Assembly (NCBI GenBank): GCA_036566495.1
Contig: DATCWE010000043.1
Coordinates: 1 to 48,873 of the forward strand
Source of the DNA: Gemmatimonadales bacterium
GTDB lineage: Bacteria; Gemmatimonadota; Gemmatimonadetes; Gemmatimonadales; GWC2-71-9
Length of the DNA: 48,873 bases
Direction of reading: 5' to 3'
The translations under genes were made by a program, and so were the position numbers. The notes below the pieces were generated by a model. That model saw only the letters and a list, made by a program, of their open reading frames with translations, did no database searches and was not told where the DNA came from. Below, piece after piece: positions 18,148 through 26,810 of this stretch (positions are counted from its first letter, which is position 1; each line of letters opens with the position of its first letter).

Positions 18148-18411
18148 ATGAAAAAAGGTCTGGTGCTGGCGGTCCTGCTCGCCTTCGTGGCTTTTCTGCT
18201 CTGGACGACGCTGTCCTCGCAAAAGGTCGAATGTGAAATGTGTGTCAAATTTGGAAATGAACGGAATTGCGCCACCGCTTCTGCCTCAACCGAGGCCGAG
18301 GCCGCCCAAAGTGCGCAAACCACAGCCTGTGGCGTGCTTGCGCATGGAATGACCGCCTCCATTGCCTGTGCCAATACGCCCCCTGTTTCCCGGCAATGCC
18401 GCGTCCGCTGA
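18148..18411 (+). CDS. Small Cys-rich secreted or membrane-anchored protein (87 aa)
   Basis: GAGGGA Shine-Dalgarno before the ATG. Signal/anchor MKKGLVLAVLLAFVAFLLW. The mature part has six Cys (CEMC ... C ... C ... C ... C). No recognised family. Confidence 0.55.
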   Translation: MKKGLVLAVLLAFVAFLLWTTLSSQKVECEMCVKFGNERNCATASASTEAEAAQSAQTTACGVLAHGMTASIACANTPPVSRQCRVR

Positions 18412-18465
18412 ACGGCACGACGTATGCGTATCCAAGGCGGGCGTGACCCTGTAGGCGAGGAGCTC

Positions 18466-18900
18466 ATGGTTCAAGACGATCGGCAACTCAGCATTCGCGA
18501 AATGGAATCCGGCGAGGAATTCTCGGACTGGCTCCGGGACCTCACCGACGATACCGAAGCGAGCGACGAGAGCCCCGACGAGCGCCATCTGGTCCTCACC
18601 GATGAGATCGGAGACTGGATCGGCGGACTCCGCTGGTCGATGCGTGGCGGCGTCGCCTCGGTCATCGAGGTGGGCGTGCTTCCGCGCGAACGGCATCAGG
18701 GGCATGCGCACCGGTTGCTGGCGGCCTTCGAAATCCGCGCGGCTGAACAGGGGGCGCATGTCCTCGAGCTGTGGACCGACCACCTGGCGGAGGAGGGCTT
18801 GCTCGAAGCGCTCGGCTGGCAATGCATGGTGCGGCGCGAAGGCTATATCGGCGGGCGGACCTGGTTCCTGCTCGAGAAGCGCCTGACCACCCAGAGCTGA
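18466..18900 (+). CDS. GNAT-family N-acetyltransferase
   Basis: Motif-A-like VGVLPRERHQGHAHRLLAAFEIRAAEQGA. GAGGAG lies 4 nt before ATG 18466, so I prefer it over the track start 18424. Confidence 0.6.
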   Translation: MVQDDRQLSIREMESGEEFSDWLRDLTDDTEASDESPDERHLVLTDEIGDWIGGLRWSMRGGVASVIEVGVLPRERHQGHAHRLLAAFEIRAAEQGAHVLELWTDHLAEEGLLEALGWQCMVRREGYIGGRTWFLLEKRLTTQS

Positions 18901-18972
18901 CGCGGCACTTTCGCCCCATCGGGTCCCCCCGCACATTTCGGCCCGCGAGCTTTCAGGAGCGCGGGCCGCTTC

Positions 18973-19557
18973 ATGTTCCACAACCTCGGTCACTCGATCG
19001 ACTTGACGGTGCGGGTTATCGCCCTGGCGGCAGGGGCGGCAGCCGTCCTGGTCCTGCTGACCCACTGGAGCGTGCGGCGCCAGGCGCTGGCACCCTTCGG
19101 ATGGTGGCCACGGCTGGTTCGGCGCTGGAGCGATCCGGTGGTGCAGCCCATCGAGCGACGCTTGCTGCGGGCAGGCGCAAGTCCGCAGGATGCGCCGCTC
19201 TGGCTGGTCGGCGTGACGCTCGTCCTGGGACTCCTGGCCATCACCGCGGTCCGCTGGCTGCTGAGTGTGGCGGCCCTTCTGGGATCGATGCAAAACGCCG
19301 GGGTCACGGCGTGGCTCCGACTCGCGGTCATCGCCGCCTCCTCCCTGGTTTCGCTTGCCATCATCGTTCGTGTCGTGGGGAGCTGGCTCGGTGCGGGTCG
19401 CTACAATCGCGGGATGCGGCCAGTATTCCTCCTGAGCGATTGGATCGTCGAGCCGATTCGTCGCCGGCTCCCGGGGTTCGGGCCGCTGGATTTGAGTCCC
19501 CTCGTCGCCTATGTCCTCATCCTGGTCCTGCGCGGATTTCTTCTCAACATTCTTTGA
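18973..19557 (+). CDS. yggT: YggT-family membrane protein
   Basis: Two YggT-like repeats with DPVVQPIERRL and EPIRRRLPGFGPLDLSPLVAYVLI. It is followed by a DUF167 gene, as in the classical yggT-yggU arrangement. Confidence 0.75.
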   Translation: MFHNLGHSIDLTVRVIALAAGAAAVLVLLTHWSVRRQALAPFGWWPRLVRRWSDPVVQPIERRLLRAGASPQDAPLWLVGVTLVLGLLAITAVRWLLSVAALLGSMQNAGVTAWLRLAVIAASSLVSLAIIVRVVGSWLGAGRYNRGMRPVFLLSDWIVEPIRRRLPGFGPLDLSPLVAYVLILVLRGFLLNIL

Positions 19558-19844
19558 GCAAGCCGGTTGGTTCCGCCGAGGATGGCGTGCGGTTGACGCT
19601 GCACGTTCAGCCGGGCGCGTCGCGCAGCGAGCTGGCCGGCATGCACGGTGATGCGCTCAAAGTCAGAGTCGCCGCCCCGCCAGTCGACGGTGCGGCGAAC
19701 CGCGAGCTGATTCGATTCCTGGCCGCGCAGCTCGGTGTGGCGCGTGCGAGCATCACCGTCGTTGCCGGGTCGAGCGGGCGCAGGAAGACGGTGCGGGTCC
19801 GTGGGCTTTCGGTGGCGGATGCAACCAGGAAGCTGGGACTCTGA
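19554..19844 (+). CDS. DUF167 (YggU-like) protein
   Basis: LHVQPGASRSE ... KVRVAAPPVDGAANREL ... ITVVAGSSGRRKTVRV is the DUF167 pattern. The TTG 19554 start overlaps the yggT stop (TTGA). Start codon uncertain. Confidence 0.7.
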   Translation: MSKPVGSAEDGVRLTLHVQPGASRSELAGMHGDALKVRVAAPPVDGAANRELIRFLAAQLGVARASITVVAGSSGRRKTVRVRGLSVADATRKLGL

Positions 19845-19851
19845 GTGCTCC

Positions 19852-19880
19852 TTGGCAGAGAGATTGCATATTGATATGAT
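19852..19880 (+). promoter_or_regulatory. Sigma-70-like promoter candidate upstream of metH (TTGGCA-17 nt-TATGAT)
   Basis: TTGGCA at 19852-19857, exactly 17 nt of spacer, then TATGAT at 19875-19880, inside an AT-rich island just after the yggU-like stop. The consensus for this lineage is unknown. Confidence 0.4.
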
Positions 19881-19939
19881 TGGGGAGTCCGGGACAATCG
19901 ATCGTGGCGATTTGCGCTGATTGCGGCCACGTTAAATAA

Positions 19940-19985
19940 CCGCTAAAACGCCACCCGGGGCCGTTTTAGCCTCGGCTTTTGTTTC
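19940..19985 (+). terminator. Terminator/attenuator-like hairpin plus U-tract in the metH leader
   Basis: GCTAAAACG (19942-19950) pairs perfectly with CGTTTTAGC (19962-19970). The stem can extend by CC/GG across a 3-nt bulge. It is followed by CTTTTGTTTC (19976-19985), 16 nt before the metH GTG. Confidence 0.35.
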
Positions 19986-20000
19986 TGGAGAGCACCTCTG

Positions 20001-23000
20001 GTGGCAAGGTCTTCACCGCAACAGTCACCGCTCGACGAGCGGCGCACCGCCCGCCTGGCACGCCTGGAAGGCCTGCTGGCGAAGCGTATCCTCGTGCTCG
20101 ATGGGGCCATGGGCACGATGATTCAGGCGCATCGGCTGGCGGAAGCGGACTACCGCGGTGAGCGTTTTGCCGACTGGCCGGTCGACCTCCGCGGCAACAA
20201 CGATCTCCTCTGCCTGACCCGTCCCGAGATCATTCGCGGCATCCATACGGCATACCTCGAGGCCGGCGCGGATATCGTCGAGACCAATTCGTTCAACTCG
20301 ACCGCCACCTCGATGGCCGATTACCGGATGGAGGCGCTGGTTTCCGAGCTCAACCGCGCCGCCGCCCGCCTGGCGCGCGAGGCCGCGGATGCCTACGAAT
20401 CGCGCGACCCCACTCGCCCCCGGTATGTCGCGGGGGTGCTGGGTCCCACCAGTCGCACCGCATCCATCTCGCCGGACGTCAACGATCCGGGGTTCCGCAA
20501 CGTCACCTTCGACCAGCTGGTCGCCACCTACAGCGAGGCCGCCGAGGCCCTGGTGGAGGGCGGCGCGGACCTGCTGCTGGTCGAGACCATTTTCGACACC
20601 CTGAACGCCAAGGCGGCGCTCTTCGCGCTCGAGGCGTATTTCAGCTCGAGCGGGCTCCGGCTGCCCGTAATGATCTCCGGCACGATCACCGACCAGAGCG
20701 GCCGCACGCTTTCGGGCCAGACAGTGGAGGCCTTCTGGCATTCGGTGATGCACGCGCGGCCGCTCTCGGTGGGACTCAATTGCGCGCTGGGGGCCGCGGC
20801 CCTGCGCCCCCACCTGCAGGAGCTCTCGCGGGTCGCGCCGGTGTATCTCAGCGTGCACCCCAACGCCGGCCTGCCCAACGAGTTCGGCGGCTACGACGAG
20901 ACCCCGGAAACCATGTCCGCCGTGCTTGGGGAATTCGCCCAGCACGGCTTTCTGAACATCGTGGGTGGGTGCTGCGGCACCACCCCCGAACACATCCGGG
21001 CGATCGCCGCGACCGTGCGGGACCGGAGGCCGCGGGAGCGCCCCAGTCCGCCGGCTCGGCTGCGCCTCTCCGGCCTGGAGCCGCTCACCGTCGGACCTGA
21101 CACGCTCTTCGTCAATATCGGCGAGCGCACCAACGTCACCGGCTCACGCCGATTTGCCAAACTGATCGCGGAGGGCAACTACGACGCCGGCCTGGCAGTA
21201 GCGCGGCAGCAGGTGGAGAGCGGAGCCCAAATGGTGGACGTGAACATGGACGAGGGCCTGCTCGACTCCGAGCGCGCCATGGCCACCTTCGTCCGGCTGC
21301 TCGCCTCGGAACCCGATATCAGCAAAGTGCCCCTGGTGATCGATTCCTCGAAGTGGTCGGTGATCGAGGCGGGGCTCAAGTGTGTGCAGGGCAAATCGGT
21401 GGTGAATTCGATCTCGCTCAAGGAAGGCGAGACGGAGTTCCTGCGCCAGGCCGCCCTGGTACGGCGCTACGGCGCGGCGGTCATCGTGATGGCCTTCGAC
21501 GAGCGGGGACAGGCCGACAGCGCCGAGCGAAAGCTGGAGATCGCCGAGCGGGCTTACCGCCTGCTGACCGAGCGGGCCGGCTTTCCGCCCGAGGACATCA
21601 TCCTCGATCCGAACATCTTCGCCATCGCCACCGGCATCGAGGCCCACGACAACTACGCGCTCGAGTACATCGAAGCCACCCGCAGGATCAAGCAGCGGAT
21701 CCCCGAGGTCCATGTCAGCGGCGGCGTGAGCAACCTGTCGTTCTCGTTCCGGGGCAACGATCCGATCCGCGAAGCGATGCACGCCGTCTTTCTCTATCAC
21801 GCCGTTCGGGCGGTGATGGACATGGGCATCGTCAATGCCGGTGCTCTCCCGATCTACGACGACATTCCGGCGGACTTGTTGGAGCGGGTCGAGGACGTGG
21901 TGCTGAATCGCCGGGCCGATGCCACCGAGCGGTTGCTTGCCGTGGCGGAATCGCTCAAGGGGCGCAAGGCGGAACGCCACGAGGACCTGGCCTGGCGACA
22001 GCAGCCGGTGCGCGAGCGCCTGGTCCACGCCCTGGTGGAAGGCATCGACGCGTTCATCGTCGAGGATACCGAGGCCGCGCGGTCCGAACTGGGGCGCCCC
22101 ATCGCCGTCATCGAAGGGCCGTTGATGGACGGCATGAACGTCGTCGGCGACCTCTTCGGAAGCGGCAAGATGTTCCTGCCCCAGGTCGTCAAGAGCGCCC
22201 GGGTCATGAAGAAAGCCGTCGCCTATCTGATCCCCTTCCTCGAAGCCGAGAAGGCCAGCGCGGCCCCCAAAGCGAAGGGCAAAGTGCTGCTCGCGACGGT
22301 CAAGGGCGACGTGCACGACATCGGGAAGAACATCGTGGGCGTGGTGCTGCAGTGTAATAACTACGACGTGATCGACCTCGGGGTGATGGTGCCCTGCGCG
22401 AAGATTCTGGAGACCGCGAAGCGGGAGCAAGTCGACCTGATCGGCCTCTCGGGCCTGATCACGCCATCGCTGGAAGAAATGTCGTTCGTCGCCGAGGAAA
22501 TGACGCGGGAGCGGTTTTCGCTGCCCCTGCTGATCGGCGGCGCCACCACGTCCAAGGTGCACACGGCGGTAAAAATCGCGCCGCGCTATGCCGGGCCCGT
22601 GGTGCATGTGCTGGACGCTTCGCGCGCGGTGGGGGTAGCCTCGAGCCTGCTCAGCGAGACCCAGCGCGACAGCTTCGCCGCCGGGATCGCCGTGGAGTAT
22701 GAAGCGGTGCGCCGCGACCGCGCCGCCCGGGCTGCAGGGGCAAGCCTCGCCTCGCTCAGTGAGGCCCGCGCCGCCCGCCTCACCCCGTCCAACGGAGCCG
22801 CTCCGCCCCGGCCCTCGTTCTTGGGCATCCGCGAGTTCCGGGCTTACCCGCTCGCCGAGCTGGTAGAGCGGATCGACTGGACGCCGTTTTTTCAGGCCTG
22901 GGAGCTGCCCGGCCATTACCCGGCAATCCTCAGCGACCCGCTGACGGCCGCCGCCGCCACCCCGCTGTTCCAGGACGCCCAGGCCCTGCTCGGGCGCATC

Positions 23001-23723
23001 GTGCGCGAGGGGCGTCTGGTGGCCAACGGCGTGGTCGGCTTCTGGCCGGCCAACGCTGTGGTCGACGATATCGAGCTTTATACCGACGAGAACCGGACCG
23101 AGCGGCGCGCCGTCATCCGCACCCTCCGGCAGCAGATGGCCAAGGCCGCGGGCAGGCCCAATCTGGCCCTGGCTGACTTCGTCGCACCGCGCGAGTCGGA
23201 GCAGCTCGATTACGTCGGAGGCTTCGCAGTGACGACCGGCCACGGGGTGGATGCCCTGGTCGCGGAATTCGAGGCGGCCCACGACGACTATTCCGCCATC
23301 CTGGCCAAAGCGCTCGCCGATCGGCTGGCGGAGGCGTTCGCCGAGCGATTGCACGAGCGAGTCCGGCGGGAGCTCTGGGGGTATGCGCCCCAGGAGGCGC
23401 TGGCCAACGAGCAACTGATTCGCGAGGCGTACCAGGGCATCCGTCCCGCGCCGGGATATCCCGCCTGCCCGGACCACACCGAGAAGGAAACGCTCTTTGA
23501 GCTGCTCGAGGTGACCGAGCGCACGGGGATCCGACTGACCGAAAGCTTCGCGATGTTCCCTACCGCCGCGGTGAGCGGCTGGTATTTCTGGCACCCCGAG
23601 GCGCGCTATTTCGGCGTCGGCAAGATCGGGCGCGACCAAGTGGAAGACTACGCCAGGCGCAAGAACATGAGTGTCGCGGAGATCGAGCGGTGGCTGGCCC
23701 CGAACCTCGGCTACGACCGATGA
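20001..23723 (+). CDS. metH: Cobalamin-dependent methionine synthase
   Basis: 1240 aa with all modules: Hcy-binding ([25 protein letters not shown]), pterin-binding, B12-binding ([20 protein letters not shown]) and the AdoMet reactivation domain ([11 protein letters not shown]). GTG start with GGAGAG 8 nt upstream. Confidence 0.95.
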   Translation: MARSSPQQSPLDERRTARLARLEGLLAKRILVLDGAMGTMIQAHRLAEADYRGERFADWPVDLRGNNDLLCLTRPEIIRGIHTAYLEAGADIVETNSFNSTATSMADYRMEALVSELNRAAARLAREAADAYESRDPTRPRYVAGVLGPTSRTASISPDVNDPGFRNVTFDQLVATYSEAAEALVEGGADLLLVETIFDTLNAKAALFALEAYFSSSGLRLPVMISGTITDQSGRTLSGQTVEAFWHSVMHARPLSVGLNCALGAAALRPHLQELSRVAPVYLSVHPNAGLPNEFGGYDETPETMSAVLGEFAQHGFLNIVGGCCGTTPEHIRAIAATVRDRRPRERPSPPARLRLSGLEPLTVGPDTLFVNIGERTNVTGSRRFAKLIAEGNYDAGLAVARQQVESGAQMVDVNMDEGLLDSERAMATFVRLLASEPDISKVPLVIDSSKWSVIEAGLKCVQGKSVVNSISLKEGETEFLRQAALVRRYGAAVIVMAFDERGQADSAERKLEIAERAYRLLTERAGFPPEDIILDPNIFAIATGIEAHDNYALEYIEATRRIKQRIPEVHVSGGVSNLSFSFRGNDPIREAMHAVFLYHAVRAVMDMGIVNAGALPIYDDIPADLLERVEDVVLNRRADATERLLAVAESLKGRKAERHEDLAWRQQPVRERLVHALVEGIDAFIVEDTEAARSELGRPIAVIEGPLMDGMNVVGDLFGSGKMFLPQVVKSARVMKKAVAYLIPFLEAEKASAAPKAKGKVLLATVKGDVHDIGKNIVGVVLQCNNYDVIDLGVMVPCAKILETAKREQVDLIGLSGLITPSLEEMSFVAEEMTRERFSLPLLIGGATTSKVHTAVKIAPRYAGPVVHVLDASRAVGVASSLLSETQRDSFAAGIAVEYEAVRRDRAARAAGASLASLSEARAARLTPSNGAAPPRPSFLGIREFRAYPLAELVERIDWTPFFQAWELPGHYPAILSDPLTAAAATPLFQDAQALLGRIVREGRLVANGVVGFWPANAVVDDIELYTDENRTERRAVIRTLRQQMAKAAGRPNLALADFVAPRESEQLDYVGGFAVTTGHGVDALVAEFEAAHDDYSAILAKALADRLAEAFAERLHERVRRELWGYAPQEALANEQLIREAYQGIRPAPGYPACPDHTEKETLFELLEVTERTGIRLTESFAMFPTAAVSGWYFWHPEARYFGVGKIGRDQVEDYARRKNMSVAEIERWLAPNLGYDR

Positions 23724-25555
23724 ATCTGCGGGAGCTGCTCGCGGACGGACGCACCCACGTGTGCGACGGGGCGATGGGCACCATGCTCTACGGGCGCGGC
23801 GTGTTTCTCAACGTCTGCTTCGACGAGCTCTCGCTGCGGCAGCCGGATCTCGTCCGGGAGATTCATCGCGAGTACGTGCGGGCCGGCGCCGAGCTGATCG
23901 AGACCAACACCTTCGGAGCCAACCCTCGCAAGCTGGCGCAGTACGGGCTGGCTGGCGATACCGAACGGATCAATCGCGCGGCGGCGGAGCTTGCCAGGAG
24001 CGCCGCCGGAGGACGCGCGGCGGTAGTCGGAGCCATCGGCCCGTTAGGCATTCGGATCGAGCCGTTCGGCGAAACCTCCGTCGAAGAAGCCCAGGCCGAC
24101 TTTGCCCGTCAGGCCCGCGGGCTGCTCGAAGGTGGGGTGGACGGCTTCATCCTCGAGACCTTCAGCGACGTGGAGGAGCTCCGCGCGGCGTTCACGGCGG
24201 TGCGCTCGGTCTGCGATCTGCCGATCATCGCGCAGATGACGATCGGCACCGACGGTCGCACCCATTACGGCACCGAACCCGCCGTCTTCGGGCCCCTGCT
24301 GGAGGAGATGGGGGCGGATGTGATCGGTGTGAACTGTTCGGTCGGTCCGCACGGCGTGCTCGAGGCCGTGGAGCAGCTCGCGGCGGTCGTCACGCGGCCG
24401 ATCTCGGCCCAACCCAACGCCGGCCTCCCGCGCGATGTCGGCGACCGCAAGATCTACATGGCCTCGCCGGAGTACATGGGGAATTACGCCAAGCGGATCG
24501 TCGAGGCCGGGGCGCGGCTGGTCGGAGGCTGCTGCGGGACGACGCCGGAGCACATCAAGGCAATCGCCGGTTTCGTGCAATCGGTGATGCCTCGGCACGC
24601 CAATCTCACCGTGACCACGGAGCATCAGGTCCCCGGGGTCGAGCCGGCGCCGCTGGCGGAACGTTCGCATTACGGCGGCAAACTGGCCAGGGGCGAGTTC
24701 ATCACGACGGTCGAGATCGTGCCTCCCAAGGGCGTGGACCCCACGCCGATGTTCCAGCAATGCCGCGCGCTCAAGGCCGCCGGAGTGGACGCGGTCAACG
24801 TCCCCGACGGACCGCGTGCGCAGAGCCGGATGGGCGCGCTGCTCTCGGGGCTGATGATCGAGCGCGAAGTCGGCCTCGAGTCCGTGGTGCACTACGCTTG
24901 TCGTGACCGGAACCTGCTCGGCATGCTCTCGGACCTGCTGGGTGCGGCCGCAGCGGGGTTACGGAATCTCCTGCTGGTTACCGGCGACCCGCCGAAGATG
25001 GGGCCCTATCCAGACGCCACGGCGGTCTTCGACATCGATGCGATCGGGCTGACCAACCTGGTTTCCCGCCTCAACCGCGGCCTGGACCCCGGGCATAATG
25101 CGATCGGCGAACCGACCAGGTTCGTGATTGGGGTGGGCGTGAACCCGGCGGCGCCAGATCTGGATCGCGAGCTGCGGCGCTTTCACTGGAAGGTCGAGGC
25201 GGGCGCGGAGTTCGCCATCACGCAGCCCGTCTTCGACCTGGACCAGCTCGATCGTTTTCTGAAACAGGTCGAAGGCTTCCGGCTCCCCATTATCGGGGGC
25301 ATCTGGCCGCTGGTCTCCCTGCGCAATGCGGAGTTTCTGGCCAATGAGGTGCCTGGCGTGACGGTGCCGCACGAGGTGCTGGATCGGATGCGGCGCGCCA
25401 GTGAACAGGGCCGCGAAGCCGGGCTGGCCGAGGGAGTGCAGATCGCCCGGGAAATGCTGGCCGCTGTGAAAGACCGGCTGAGCGGGGCCCAAGTGTCCGC
25501 TCCGCTGGGAAAGGTCCCGGTCGCCCTGGAGGTGCTGGCCGCCGGCCGCTCCTGA
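23720..25555 (+). CDS. Bifunctional homocysteine S-methyltransferase / 5,10-methylenetetrahydrofolate reductase (YitJ-like fusion)
   Basis: The N-terminal half is an Hcy-binding domain ([25 protein letters not shown]). The C-terminal half is MTHFR-like ([40 protein letters not shown]). ATG 23720 overlaps the metH stop (ATGA). Confidence 0.85.
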   Translation: MNLRELLADGRTHVCDGAMGTMLYGRGVFLNVCFDELSLRQPDLVREIHREYVRAGAELIETNTFGANPRKLAQYGLAGDTERINRAAAELARSAAGGRAAVVGAIGPLGIRIEPFGETSVEEAQADFARQARGLLEGGVDGFILETFSDVEELRAAFTAVRSVCDLPIIAQMTIGTDGRTHYGTEPAVFGPLLEEMGADVIGVNCSVGPHGVLEAVEQLAAVVTRPISAQPNAGLPRDVGDRKIYMASPEYMGNYAKRIVEAGARLVGGCCGTTPEHIKAIAGFVQSVMPRHANLTVTTEHQVPGVEPAPLAERSHYGGKLARGEFITTVEIVPPKGVDPTPMFQQCRALKAAGVDAVNVPDGPRAQSRMGALLSGLMIEREVGLESVVHYACRDRNLLGMLSDLLGAAAAGLRNLLLVTGDPPKMGPYPDATAVFDIDAIGLTNLVSRLNRGLDPGHNAIGEPTRFVIGVGVNPAAPDLDRELRRFHWKVEAGAEFAITQPVFDLDQLDRFLKQVEGFRLPIIGGIWPLVSLRNAEFLANEVPGVTVPHEVLDRMRRASEQGREAGLAEGVQIAREMLAAVKDRLSGAQVSAPLGKVPVALEVLAAGRS

Positions 25556-25588
25556 CGCCAACCCTGCCAAAGCGCTTTCGCCCTGCGC

Positions 25589-25607
25589 TGCAATCTCCTA
25601 TATTGCA
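25589..25607. promoter_or_regulatory. Inverted repeat TGCAAT-N7-ATTGCA overlapping a TATATT -10-like box
   Basis: TGCAAT at 25589-25594 and ATTGCA at 25602-25607 are exact reverse complements. TATATT at 25599-25604 lies 42 nt upstream of the acyl-CoA dehydrogenase ATG. Confidence 0.35.
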
Positions 25608-25646
25608 AAGGCTTAGCAGTTCACGCCCGCGTTTCCGGAGCCACCC

Positions 25647-26810
25647 ATGCCAGAGATCATGACCCCTTCCCCGGCGCTGACGGTCTTTTCCGACGAGGAG
25701 GAGCTCTTCCGGCAGACGGTGCGGGAGTTCGCGGACGGCGAAATCGGACCCCACGTGCGCGAGATGGACGAGGCGGGACACTTTCGACCCGACATCCTGC
25801 AGAGATTCTTCGAGCTGGGTCTGATGGGAATCGAGGTCCCCGAGCGCTGGGGCGGCGCCGGCGCCTCTTTCTTCCTTGCGACGGTCGCCATCGAGGAACT
25901 GGCCCGAGTAGATGCAGCGGCCGCCATCTATGTGGACGTCCATAACACGCTGGTCAACAACTGTCTCCTGCGCTGGGCCTCCGAGGAGCAGAAGGCCCGC
26001 CTCTTCCCCCGCATGACGACCGGACTGCTCGGCGCCTTCGCCCTCTCGGAACCCGGCAGCGGGAGCGACGCCTTCGCGCTGCAGACCCGAGCCGAGCAGC
26101 GCGAGGGGCATTGGGAGCTTACCGGACGAAAGTTCTGGATCACCAACGGGGCGGAAGCCGGCATTTTCATCGTGTTCGCCAATGCCGACCCGTCGAAGGG
26201 CTACAAGGGAATCACCGGTTTTCTGGTCGAACGAGACTTTCCCGGCTTTTCGGTGGGGAAGAAGGAGAGCAAGCTCGGCATCCGCGCTTCCAGCACCTGC
26301 GAGCTGATCCTGGAGGCCTGCCAGGTGCCGGAAGCCAATGTGCTCGGCCCGGTCGGGCTCGGGTACAAGATCTCGATCGAGACCCTCAATGAGGGTCGCA
26401 TCGGCATCGGCGCGCAGATGGTCGGTGTGGCCCAGGGCGCTCTCGACGCGGCACTCGCCTACGTCAAGGAGCGGAAACAGTTCGGCAAGGCAGTGGCCGA
26501 ATTTCAGGGGGTGCAGTTCCAACTGGCTCAAATGCGGACAGACGTAGAAGCAGCCCGTCTAATGGTCTACAATGCCGCGCGTCTAAAGGATGGGGGTCGC
26601 CCCTTCGCGACCGAGGCTGCGATGGCAAAGCTTTTCAGTTCCCAAGTGGCGGACCGGATCACCTCCACGAGCTTGGAGCTCTTTGGGGGGTACGGGTACT
26701 CAAAAGAGTATCCGGCCGAGAAATACTATCGAGATGCGAAAATTGGCACGATTTATGAGGGGACCAGCAACATGCAGCTCCTCACCATTGCCAAAGCGAT
26801 GCTGAAATGA
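25647..26810 (+). CDS. Acyl-CoA dehydrogenase (short/branched-chain type)
   Basis: Full-length ACAD: FALSEPGSGSDA, KFWITNG, GIRASSTCEL, and YEGTSNMQ with the catalytic Glu near the C-terminus. Confidence 0.9.
   Translation: MPEIMTPSPALTVFSDEEELFRQTVREFADGEIGPHVREMDEAGHFRPDILQRFFELGLMGIEVPERWGGAGASFFLATVAIEELARVDAAAAIYVDVHNTLVNNCLLRWASEEQKARLFPRMTTGLLGAFALSEPGSGSDAFALQTRAEQREGHWELTGRKFWITNGAEAGIFIVFANADPSKGYKGITGFLVERDFPGFSVGKKESKLGIRASSTCELILEACQVPEANVLGPVGLGYKISIETLNEGRIGIGAQMVGVAQGALDAALAYVKERKQFGKAVAEFQGVQFQLAQMRTDVEAARLMVYNAARLKDGGRPFATEAAMAKLFSSQVADRITSTSLELFGGYGYSKEYPAEKYYRDAKIGTIYEGTSNMQLLTIAKAMLK

Noticed and set aside
19880-20000. Assigning the metH leader to a named riboswitch class (SAM-I, SAM-II/V, SAH or cobalamin)
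   Set aside because: I could not find the conserved cores I remember for these classes: no SAM-I kink-turn or AGAGGG-type elements, no B12 box, no SAH core. The SAM-II-like resemblance is a few short words only. It is reported as an unclassified candidate.
21144-23639. 831-aa minus-strand ORF, plus 20025-20993 (322 aa)
   Set aside because: Both are antisense to metH, whose identity is unambiguous. Stop-free antisense frames are typical of high-GC coding DNA.
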